A stretch of 64,000 nt of DNA, from contig CM041465.1 in assembly GCA_023213395.1 (NCBI GenBank), forward strand, positions 71,369,741 to 71,433,740, given 5' to 3'. The position numbers and the translations under genes are program-made. The notes under the pieces were generated by a model, which saw only the letters and a program-made list of their open reading frames with translations, had not been told where the DNA came from and did not search any database. Below, piece by piece: positions 26,831 to 38,800 of this stretch (within the stretch, counting starts at the first letter, position 1; each line of letters opens with the position of its first letter). The DNA comes from Cycas panzhihuaensis. Lineage: Eukaryota > Plantae > Cycadophyta.

Positions 26831-27879
26831 ACAGATATCTAGGAACCAAAAATATAACTTGCACTCTCCTAGTTTCAAAGCCTCATATAACACAACCTCC
26901 ATCCATGCAACCAACATGATTATGCTTGAAGACATAAGGGTAAAATGTAATTAATACAAATATTGAGCAATTTGTATCAATTGTATCAATTGAAGTCTAA
27001 CAGACTTCAAATCATATAGTAATTATTAATAACTTTAACATTCACTAATTAGTAATCTATATTGTTATAATTTTGATGACATTTGTTAAATATTTTAGTC
27101 TTAAAAAAAGAAGAACACCTCTAGAGGTAAATTAGAAATGTTAACTTATCTTGCATCATTGTTGCCACTTAAATCTTAGTCTGTAGTCCATTCAAGAGGT
27201 GTTATTAAACAAATCTAAACTCGCTAAGAACTCTTTTGCTATTGAATGCAATATAATTGGTCATTACATGCTAAAAAAACCTTACGATGCATGCCTTCAT
27301 GCCTCATTGTTTACATATTCCTCACTCTTTGATGTGTTACTACTATCATGTAGCCACATTAAAGAGTGCTAAGAATAAAAATCTAAAAAAATTTATGGGA
27401 TTTGAACCACTCTAATGGTGCTAAAATGTATTCTCTCCCCTTGCGTTTAATAGAACTCAAGCAAGAAGAGAACACATAGGAGAATAATAATCATATTATG
27501 AAGACAACATGCTTATATTACTAACATGGAAGCATAAATATAATATACAATAGATTGAAGTAAGCCTTATTTTATTACCAAGAAAGGGACTGCACTAACC
27601 TAAGAAGGGTCAAATGCAAGCCTGAACTATAATAATTGAAGAACCATTAACCTAATATGCAATGCAAGATATAATGTAAGAAGGAAGTGAAAGTTTAATG
27701 CACTCTTATGTATCTACTATATGTATCTAATGTTCTTTTAAAACCTTCCTCCCTAACCATTTCCTAACTATCTTCCAACTAACTCCTAACTAACACCCAA
27801 CTAACTTTCAAATAACTCATTAATAATAGTTCATTAATATTAACAATAATTACATTAGCTATTATAATTATAATTTAGG

Positions 27880-28260
27880 ATCCTAGTCATATTCTAATTA
27901 TGACTTAATCATAATTATGCTTTGATTGTGACCTGGTTGTACTTGCTACTATAATTATAACATGGTTATACTTTCTACTATAATTGTAACCCTATCATAC
28001 TTACTATTATGATACAAGTATGATCATGTCATACTTATGTTGTAATTATGATGTAGTTATACTTGCTATTGTGATTGTGACTCGATCACACTTATGCTCT
28101 GATTATGACTTGGTCATGCTTGCTACTATGATTACAACCTAGCCATACTTGTGTTATGATTAAAGACTAATCACACTTACTATTGTGATTACAACTTAGT
28201 TACACTTGTGACTACAATCATGATTTAGTCACACTCGTAACTATAATATGATCGTACTTC
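27880..28260. repeat. Tandem repeat of about 30-32 bp in the second E5 LTR
   Basis: Homologous to 24770-25155. Confidence 0.85.
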
Positions 28261-28475
28261 ACTTATGGTTTTTCAATCATCCTTTAGTCATAGATTTGAC
28301 TTTCCTAAAAAATCTATATACATTTTCACTCACACATAGATAAGCAATTTATTGCTTGATTAAAACCATCCATATTAGGCATCTTTATTATGTGATCATA
28401 TTTTAACAACATAAGTTACATAGTTTATTTAGGTATATTAACTATTTAGTTGTAAAGAATCTCTAAAGGAGAATA

Positions 28476-28478
<3 letters not shown>

Positions 28479-28521
<43 letters not shown>
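28479..28521. repeat. (AT)n microsatellite
   Basis: Perfect AT run. Confidence 0.98.
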
Positions 28522-28522
<1 letters not shown>

Positions 28523-29493
28523 CATATTTGATTTGAATCCATATAATGGAAATTATATTCATTTAATTTTCCATTCTGTAAATATATCTTTCTTAAAGAT
28601 TATATATTTGACTATTTAACATATTTTTGATGTGCACGTGCCGCATTAAGTTGGAGAGATTCCCACAAAGAAAAAAGATCCTATTAATAGAGCCTTTGTT
28701 CAAAGGACTTTTAGTTTGATTATGAATATAGATAAAGGAAAATCATAGATTAGCTAAGAGATTTGCATCATCATTACTTTCTAGACTACCTATACTTCTT
28801 AATCATAAATTCTACTCTTAAGTTTCATCTTTTCTTGTCACTCAATTACCTTCATATTCCATCTCTACCCTTGATGTATATTTTGTTTATATCCCTATCT
28901 AAACCTCTTGCCTACATGGAATTCCTATTATGCCAACTAATCTAAATCTCATCATTCGATCTATTATCTCGTGGACCTCCATTTAACCCATTCACAACTA
29001 GGAAACCCTAATTATATATCTTATTTCATGACCCTTTATTATATCAATCTCATCTTCCTAACCTCATGCTAAACCCCTCCCTTAAGGATAGTTCTCTATG
29101 GATATAATATATAAATAGGATATATGTCCTCAACCTAATTGAATCCTCAACACATGCGTCCTAAGATCTTCCACACATAAGATCTTACACAAAAGGTATC
29201 TAAGATATATTATCATCGTAAATGTGAAAAGGATATATATGGCTTACTTTTAGAAGATAACATAAAGGAGGGCCAAACTTCTATAATATTTTAGATTTAT
29301 CAAGTGGTGGATTGAAGATGTACATTTCCTCTTCCATGCTTCTTGAGTAAAGCATTCTAAGAATTGTCATGGATCTATTAAGCCCAAGGTATAGAAAAGA
29401 ATTACTTTAATGACAAAGTATCTTAAGGAGGGAGGAATTGTAACAAACTAAATCTCTTATCAATATTTTAATTATTGTTGAAGGTGACTCTGT

Positions 29494-29498
<5 letters not shown>

Positions 29499-29524
<26 letters not shown>
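29499..29524. repeat. (CT)n microsatellite
   Basis: Perfect CT run. Confidence 0.97.
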
Positions 29525-29528
<4 letters not shown>

Positions 29529-29946
29529 AAAGATACAATTTTAAAAATATAGTTTTATATATTCTCTTCTAAATAGAATAGTCTAATTGAAATTAAATTA
29601 GAGGGAAGAGTATTTTTAGGGAATTTCTCATTTATAAAGGATAAAAGGCTTAAAGAAGGATTGGAGCTTAAGGAAGACCAAAGTTCCACTTAGGGTCTAA
29701 CTTATGGTGGTTAAAAGAATCCCATTCTAATAAAGTATAGATCTCTTACACTCCATAATCTAATCCAATGTAGAGCACTCTTCCATCAACCAAAACCTTG
29801 GTATAAAATTGCACAAAGATTTGAAGGAAGTTATAAGACAAGTTAGAGAACTCTAACAAATAATGCAAGACGTAAAGATATTATAAATCATAGTTAATTA
29901 GTTGATATTTAACATGAAGTCCTATTATAAACTACTAAAGGAATTC

Positions 29947-31940
29947 ATGGAGTAAGGGAAGAAAACCAAGGAAATTTATTTAGCTCCTAGAAAGACAAGT
30001 CGGTTGGTGTTAAAAGTTATGGTACCTAGAAGCATTAGAAAATAAGCTTATTGAGGATGAATGGGTTATGGCAATATGCAGAAGGGAAAGTTCCTCGACT
30101 AGGTTCAAGTTTCCCTATTGATGAAAAGGATAAATATGAAGCCAAAAAATATGTTGCTTTAGGTCTAATTAATATATCCATAAGTGGAGTTTTGATGGAG
30201 AATGTAAAGATACATATATCTAAAGAGGCATGGGAGGCCATAACATCAATTTTTTAAACCAAGAATAATGAAAGGATCATGATTATAAAAGATCAATTGT
30301 ACAGTCAGAGAATGATTAGTTCTATGGCTAAATATCTCTAGTAAGTAAAGATGATATTTAATTGGTTGGAGAATGTTAGAGAGACTATTGATGATAAGGA
30401 TATCATAATACTTGTATTAAGGAGTCTGTCAAAGATATATGAAAATTTTATGATGAGTTTTTTCTTGTCAAAGAAATAAGAAAGAATCTCATTTATCAAA
30501 TTTAAAGTATTTTTTCTACAACATGAATAGATTCTATAGGATAACATTATGGAATAATCCTTTAGAGATTTTTTTAGCAAAATTGAAAGGGAATAAACCA
30601 TTCATTCTTAAGAAGAAGGATAGTCCAAAATAATAGACTATTCAAGAGGTGAACTTAAAGGGGCAACTGAAGATTTATTTTTATTATAATAAACCAAATC
30701 ATTTTAAAAGATATTATAAGAAGTTGTAGGTTAATCAAAATAATTAAAAGAAGTAGAGAAATCAACAAAGCTAGGAGAGGAAGAAATTATAGCTAAGACA
30801 TTTTTCTAGCCATACTTTAGGGTTAAGTGACAAGGTAAAAAAACTCTTCATGGAAGCTTCACAAATAAGTCATAAGTTATATCATATTTAGTACATTAAA
30901 TTAAGAGCTTCTAAACATATGATAGATGGCTTTGAATAGTTTAGAAACATATGGAAGGCTAATAGATAGGTAGTCATATTAGGAGATGATAATGTGCTAA
31001 AGGTAGAAGGTTTAAGAGAGGTTCTAATTATCATGCCAAATGGAGAAGATTTCTACATAGAAGATGTGATGTACATACTAAGTCTAAATAAGAATATTAT
31101 TTTTATTAGCTATATTCAAGATAATAAGATGAGTATTCTCTTAAAGGATAATAAGGCTATGATCAGTGATATTAATGGGAAAGTCATAGATAAAGGAATT
31201 AGAGATGATAGTCATTATGAACTCTTAGTTAAATCTGTAAACCAAAGAGCTCTAATTAATGCATCTTATAAAAATTAGTTATGGTGTAAAATCAAGGAAT
31301 TTTTACACTCATCCTATCTTTATTTAATGCATAAATTAAATATGGTTCAAGGTGTTCCTAAACTAAAACCAATAAATAATTTATGTGAACCTTGCATCAT
31401 GGACAAACAACATAGGGAGAAGTTTCAAAAAGGTAAAGCTTGCAAAGTGACAAAGAAAATTAGCCTTATCCACTTAGATATTTATTGTTTTATTGTTATC
31501 GCTTCAATCAAAGGTGTGAGGTATTTCTTGACCTTCATTAATGACTTTTCAAGAGAAGTTTAAGCTTATTTGATAAAGGAGAAATCCAAAACCTTTGATA
31601 TTTTCAAAGAACCCAATGAGAAAGTGGAGAACGAGAGTCGTTAGAAATTGAAAATCCATAGACTAAACAATGGGGGAGAATACTCATTTAAAATATTTAT
31701 GTAGAATTGTAAGGAACACATAACTAGGAAGTAGTTATTAAGAATACACAAACCTTAATAGAACATAGTCATTAAGAGAATGAATAGAATCTTGGTAGAA
31801 AAGGTCGAGTTAATGATGAAGGGGAGAAATATCTTAAGAGTCTTTTGGGGTAGAAGATATTTGCATAGTAGTTTATTTAGCTAATTACAGTTCCATGAAG
31901 GCTATTTAGAATATGATACTATAGGAAGCATATTCATGAA
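29947..31940 (+). pseudogene. Truncated, highly degenerate Copia gag-protease-integrase
   Basis: ORFs 30051 (GLWQYAEG...SKEAWE), 30994 (KVEGL..V...DVMYILSLNKNII) and 31327 (CEPCIMDKQHR...LIHLDI...YFLTFINDFSR); ends abruptly with no RT. Confidence 0.88.
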
Positions 31941-33049
31941 GCTTTTTTCTTAATTTTTCCCCTCTTGCCCAAAATGTAGAAATGTTAGATATAATTTTAT
32001 TTCTTGTACATTAGATAAATATCCACTATGTGTCATTTACCTAATGTTGTATTTAATTACCTACACTTGATATTTTCCTTATACTACATTTGATTAAGTA
32101 TTTATTTAGTTTACTTATGAATATTACACTTCTCATGCAATTGATACTTCCACTAACATCTCTCATATATTATGGAGCTACAATAATATTGTGTCAATAC
32201 ATGAAACTTGCATCTTTTTTTCCATTGTAATGTTTCTCTCTCTTTTTTTGTTATTCACTCACATTATGTTTCTTTTACATTTTAATCTCATACTCTAAAT
32301 ATAATTGTTCCTCTTACATAACTTATTACATAGATCTCTTTGAATAAATGAGAATTAAGTACTCATAGTTTACAAATGAATATTATATAAAGAAGTTATG
32401 CTCCTTTTATGATATTTTTTCCCCTCCCATGGCCTTGTTTTCCATTTCTTAAGATCAACTTCATAATTAATCCCTAAAATATAGGATATTTCTCCTAGAA
32501 AATGACTTCTATATTGATTTGGAAGATCTATTCTCTTAATTGATTCATTATGTATATATTTTTCTTTAGGTCTTTTTTATCCTAAACCTTTCTAAAGAGT
32601 AGGGCAACCCTCATTTCTTATTTGATTCCACTTAAGCAAGATATTATTTATCTAATTTTTAAATCTGATTTTATTATTGGAATAAGGACTGATACATATA
32701 TAATTTCACTATGATCACATTTCTAAATTTAGACTATCATTTCTCTATTTTTATCAAAATTCTGCCATATTTCATCTCAGTCTATTATACATCTTTTAGA
32801 TAATGTTTTTATGGTATTGATCCCTTGATATCATTGGTTCTCTTTATGAGTTCTATAGTTCTATATCTTTTGTACCATATGTCATCAATATATTATTTGT
32901 GATATACCATATATTGCCAAATAACTTTAGTAGTATTCTCTATTATTATGCCATACTTTCTTAGTTAGTGAAGATGCAAGCCTATTTCAACATTCATCCA
33001 TGCTCTAAGAGAGAAAATCTTATTTGCATCCCTATATTTGAGTAATCAA

Positions 33050-34502
33050 GGACTACAATGGTTTACTTAGTGGTATAAGGACTATGAGAATATTGCAAAT
33101 TTCAATTAAAGTTCTTTTTGTCTTATAATCAATGAGTAATATGAAGATATGTGGGATAGAGATTTCTACTCTTCATCATCTCTAACAATGGGAGTGGTAT
33201 AATAATATAAAGAAGAATTTCAAAATTTATAGAGCATGTTATTGACCACAATAAATGAGAATCTATTATCAGAAACACATCACAGAGGTTTTAAACCAAA
33301 TATTTGCTATATGTTGAAAAGGTTAGGGGTTATAAATCTTAAACAAATAACATAAAAGGTTAGAGGTATTAAGGCTAAATTTAATACAAATTAACATTAT
33401 GATATTAATTTTAGAAATAATTTCATAACATTACCAAAATCTTAGGCAATAGGCTCATTCTAAGAATAAGGAAGTTTGTCCACTTATGCCAAGGTTGAAC
33501 ATCTTAAAAGGAGAATATGTTTTAAATATGATGAAAAATAAACAAAGGTTCATCAATGCTCTAGTACAAATACTCAAAAGAAATTATTTATATTATAAAA
33601 TAAATAATAAATAACTAAGAAAATATTAGAGGAACCTATTACTAAGGATGAATAATTCATAGAATAATTAGTGCTTAAAGATAAAATTATCATTTAGAGG
33701 TACACCATATCATCCTCAAATAAATGGTCGATTATAAGCAATTAAAAAATATTCACAAGGGTATCTTTATTACTATACTTTAGGAAAATAATCTTATTGG
33801 CACCTCTGATTACATTTGGTAGAATGATGGTATAACACCTCTTACCACACATCAACACAGATGATTCTATTCAAAGCTCTCTAAAGGTATGATCCACCAT
33901 CTCTAATCTATGCAATGACTCAATTTAAAGTTTAAGTAGTTAATGACTAGATGTAAAAAATAAAAGACATCCTAAGGAACCTGAAGCATAACCTAAACAT
34001 AATAAAGAATAAGCTAAAACAACAACAAGATTTACACCACACTGATAAATAATTTAATGTTGATGATTGGGTATTTCTAAGGCTATAATCTTATAAATAA
34101 ATTTCATTAAAGAAATCTAGAGAGTATAAGTTGCAACCAAATTTCTCTGACCCTTTTCAAGTTTAGAGGAAAAATAGTGAAGTTGCTTATTAGTTGGACA
34201 TTCTAAATTTTAAAATTCATAATGTATTCCATGTATCTTGCCTAAAATGTAATGTTAGAGGAAAATTCATAATATAAATAACTTTGCTATAATAAAATGG
34301 AGAAGGATCGTGCATCCTATAACTACAAGGCATAATGCAAGTAAGATCAAGACAATTACTTAATAGGGAGATAAAATAATATCTCATCAAATAAAAGGAC
34401 ATGGATGTTGAAGATGTGACTTATGTAGATGAGAATTAGTACTAATAGAATTTATAAACTATGATGCTTTGAAGGTAAAATATTTGTTAAGAAGGGAAGA
34501 TT
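33050..34502 (+). pseudogene. Internally deleted chromovirus (Gypsy) remnant: gag traces, integrase C-terminus, chromodomain, PPT
   Basis: FNVDDWVFLRL*SYK...KLQPNFSDPFQV..NSEVAY*LD...IHNVFHVSCLK at about 34050-34250; PPT AAGAAGGGAAGA at about 34489-34500. Confidence 0.75.
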
Positions 34503-35115
34503 TGTTATGAAGCCAAGGGATTGACAATCTATATATTTGGTTATGAATCCAAGGGATCCAACCTATCTAAATTGATATGTCCACTAGAAGTGTTATGAAA
34601 CCAAGGAACATAACATTTATATAAATTGATATATCTATTAGAATGATAAAAGAATTATTGTTGAATTTATTAATTTACTTTAGTCATCTTATAAATATAA
34701 TATACATTTGTAACATTACAATGATGTTAGTACATTGAAGTGTATTAGTCTTATATTTATGCTAAGTTACAACATCAAGTTGTGAGCCTAAGCATGTGGG
34801 GTATTTCATTCTCAAACCTTATTACAATGATTTTATAAAGTTGATCATACAAGGTGCCAAATATCACCTTGCATGATCAACCTTTTATATTCCCAAAATC
34901 CCCTATTGTAATTATAAAATGAATGTATATATGAGGCATAATATTGATGCAGTATAATCTTACATATGTAATTAATGAAATGCTTTGATTATTATAGAAT
35001 TAAAAATTTCAATATCCCTACATTATCTTTTTTTTTAATATTATATGAATGTTGCATTATTACTTTGTGAGATTTGAATCTTGGTTAGAGTTAGGACAAA
35101 TTCCCACACCCTTCA
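34503..35115 (+). repeat. Gypsy LTR flanked by a PPT upstream and a PBS downstream
   Basis: TGTTATGA start directly after the PPT; ...CTTCA end followed by TGGTATTAGAGC (35118-35129). Confidence 0.72.
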
Positions 35116-35854
35116 CTTGGTATTAGAGCATAGATTTTATTATGTGTAAAAATAGATTATAGTCTTCATCTATTTTTCTCATCATATCATTGTTCATTAT
35201 ATTAGAATATTTTGCTTAGCAATAATTCAAGGCTTTCCCATATACATTTCTTAGAGCCATTAATTCTCGATTCACCTCTTTTATAGAACATATGTTGTAA
35301 TAGATTAGATGCTCATGATTGTCTAAAATTAACACTAAAAAGTGGTTTACATAGAGTTCTACCGCTCAGCCTTCTTTTCTCTTACTTGATTACCTCTTTA
35401 CAATCATGTACTCCTAATAGGTCATTACATAAGGTCTTGTATATTCTCAAGAAATGGGCAAAGAATTAATGCACCAAAACCTACCTCTAGATCATTGGGG
35501 TTGTGGACCTCGATAAGTAGCAATGTTGTAATTTTTTTTCCAAGCAATGCCCACAATTCCAGATAAGGTAGAGGTTCTCTCTCGATATTTGTTGGTCTTC
35601 TGTTAACATGATGTAATGATGGATTAGGATCTAGGTAATAATCATAAATAAGATGAGGTAACCAATAAGTTAGTAATTCCATAAGGATAATCTACTTCTA
35701 ATGACTTTAGTAAAATTAGACTTGGTTGTTCGAAGATCCATGAAGATAAAGATAGAGTTTTTAATTCTTTGGTAGTAGTTATCCAACTATAGGGAGCACT
35801 ACTAATGTTGAAATTCTGATTCATACCAAAATACTAAAACCTCTTGTTCTAGCA

Positions 35855-38800
35855 TGTTGAAAAAATACAGATTGGAAGTAAACAGAGGAAAGAATTAAGA
35901 TGTATTCTATTGAGATTCAATTTGCTTAAGTATACATCAGTTATGTGATGGTTACAACCAGTAATGTAACTGATCACTCAGATTCTGCCAAGTGGCATGA
36001 TCTCATAAGAGTATTTAAGGGTGGGTCTAACATGACCCCCTTTTCTATCCTAGGTAAAACATTATTTCTCAACACCCCCTCTTAATGTTTTATCTCTAAA
36101 AGTCCAATCTTGTCTCTCAAATATCTGAGTCTTTCTCTCCCAAGTGGTTTTGTCAGAAGATCTGCAACTTGTTCTAATGTCGGACAGTATTCCAAGTCTA
36201 TTTCTTTGTTCTGCACTTTTTCTCTTATAAAGTGATGATGAACTTCAATATGTTTTGTTCTTGCATGCAGAACTGGATTTTTGGTCAGCTTGATGGCACT
36301 TTGGTTGTAACATTTTAAAGAAGTTGCTTCTTTCTGCTGTTGATTCAAGTCAAGTAAGAGTTATCTTAACCAGATGGCTTCACAGGTTGTTGATGTGGCT
36401 GCTTTATATTCTGCTTCTGTAGAGGAGAGAGCCACTGTTGCTTGTTTCTTACTGCACCATGAGATTGCTGAAGCTCCTAAGAAAAAACAAAATCCACTCG
36501 TGGATTTCCTTTGTTCTTTGTCGCCTGCCCAGTCTGAGTCGCAATACCCTGTTATTTTGATTAGATGCCCCTTTGAATATACTAATTTGAGATCTGTTGT
36601 TCCTTTAAGATATCTCAGAATTCTTTTGCGACTTGCCGATGTCTCACTTTGGATTACGCATATACCTTGATATTAGTCCCTCGAGTAGGATATGTGGTCT
36701 GGTAGTATCGGATAAATCGGACTTCCAATCATTTGCTGTCGCAGGTAACATCGACATCTTTTTCCATACTATCTACTGTTAGATCGCAATTTGTTTCCAT
36801 GGGAGTGGCGCATGGATTGCAGTTCTCCATCTGAAATCGAACAAGCAGATTTTTGATGTAGTTACTTTGAGAGAAAGTTATGTAGTTTTGGTGTTGACCT
36901 ATCTCGGTCCAAGTAATAATTTAGTGAACCCAAGTCTGTCATTTCAAATTTTTGCTAAAGTTGACCTTTGATCCACTTTATTCCTTCTACATCATTCCCA
37001 GTAAGAAGCATATCATCCACATAAATAATAATTATTGTTATCTTGTTGTTTGTTTTCCTTATGTATAGACTGGAATCTGAGTTACACCGAATGAACTTAT
37101 TTTCTTCAAGAAAGTGATCTAGTTTTGCATACCAGGCACGCGGTGCTTGTTTTAGACCGCATAAGGCCTTTTCAATTTGCAGACTAGATTTTCTTTTCCC
37201 TGTTCTGCATATCCATCTGGTTGTTGCATATAAACCTCTTCTTCTAGTTCACCATTTAGGAAGGCACTCTTTACATCCATCTGAGAGATTCCCTAACCTT
37301 GGGCAGTAGCTAAGGCTATTACTGTCCTTACTGTGTTCATCTTTGCTACTGGAGAAAAGGTCTCATCAAAATCTACACCTGCAGTTTGAGTGTATCCTTT
37401 TGCAACTAACCTTGCCTTGTGTTTCTCAATTTTGCCATCAACTCCTTTCTTTGTTTTGTAAACCCATTTGCAGTTTACAGTGGATTTATTAGCAGGTAGT
37501 TCTACTAATTCCCATGTTTGATTTTTCTTGATTGAATTTATTTCATTGTCCATTGCTTCTCTCCATTCTGGATGATCTTTTGCTTCGTCAAAATTCTGTG
37601 GTTCAACCTTGCTTAGAAGAGCTTTTGACCTTTGCCCACGGGTTTTTTGTTCTAGTATATTTCCTTCTTCAACAGTTTTGATGTACCATTTCAGCAACTT
37701 TTTTTGTTTCTGTGGATCTTCGATGATGTCTCCCTGACCAGTTGATGATGATGGTCCTTCTTTTTCAATGGTGTCTCCCTGACCTGTTGTTGACGATGAA
37801 TCAGCTTGTCCTTCTTCTAATTCATTTCCTTCTTCAATTTCTTGATTTTATGAAGTAATTCCTGACTGACTTTCTTCCTCATCTTCCTGCATTATTCTGT
37901 GTCCGGCAGTTCCCAGTTCCTTTTCATTTTCTATTACTTTGATTTGTGAGAATTCATCTGAGCTATCTTCATTAAGGACGGCATCTCTACTCATATAGAT
38001 TCTATTTGTTCTTGGATCTATGCACTTATATGCCTTTGAATTTTTACTATATCCTATTAAGACACATTCTATGCTTTTTGCATCTAATTTGGACCTCCTT
38101 TTATCAAGAATATGCACAAATGCTTGACTGCCAAAAACTTTGAGAAAACTTACATCGGGTTTCTGACCTATCCAAGCTTCTTCTGGAGTGACGTTCTTCA
38201 GTGTCCTAGTTGGACTTCTGTTTATCAAGTAGCATGCCGTGCTGACTGCTTCTGCCCATTATGTCTTTGATATTTTTGTCCCATACATCATGCTTCGAGC
38301 CATTTCCATTAAAGTTCTATTCTTTCTTTCAGCCACTCCATTTGACTGAGGAGTATAGGGAGTTGTAACTTGTCTACGAATTCCTCTCAGATTTGGTAAT
38401 TTAGGAACTCCTTCGACATATATTCTCCTCCTCCATCTGACCTGATACACTTGATTTTCATTCCTAATTCTAGCTCAACTTCTACCTTAAATTCTTTAAA
38501 TGTTTCAAAGACTTCAGACTTATTATGTAAAAAATATACCCAAACTTTTCGGGTGAAGTCATCAATGAAAGTTAAGAAATATCTGCATCCATTTATTGAC
38601 AGAGGTGAAATTGGACTACAGATATATACGTGTGTATCAGATCTAATTTAGACTGAGATTTCCAAGTGCTTTCTTTAAAAGGGAATCTATGCTGTTTTCC
38701 GAGTTGACAACCTTTACAAACAAATGTATCTGAAGAGATATTAGGTAAACCATTTACCATTTCTGACTTTTCCATTTGTTTAAGTGTGTCAATTGGGAGA

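Larger units (their letters stand above)
24346..28338 (-). mobile_element. Non-autonomous LTR element (E5) with about 900-bp LTRs containing tandem repeats
   Basis: LTRs 24346-25236 and 27427-28338; TSD AATAA/GATAA; PPT complement TCTTCCCT at 25237; non-coding interior. Confidence 0.85.
19815..28770 (+). mobile_element. Degenerate CRM-like Gypsy element (gag plus protease only); 3' LTR split by E5
   Basis: LTR about 19815-20547 matches 24000-24345 plus 28339-28770 (TGATG start, CATCA end); decayed PBS ATTAATATTAGAG at 20548; protease DMVLMDVCHLLLGRPWLHDRKVIHDGRNTY at about 21900-21990; no RT or IN recognised. Left boundary uncertain. Confidence 0.72.

Noticed and set aside
35425-35824. Minus-strand ORFs after the PBS at 35118
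   Set aside because: No recognisable homology; could be a decayed element interior.
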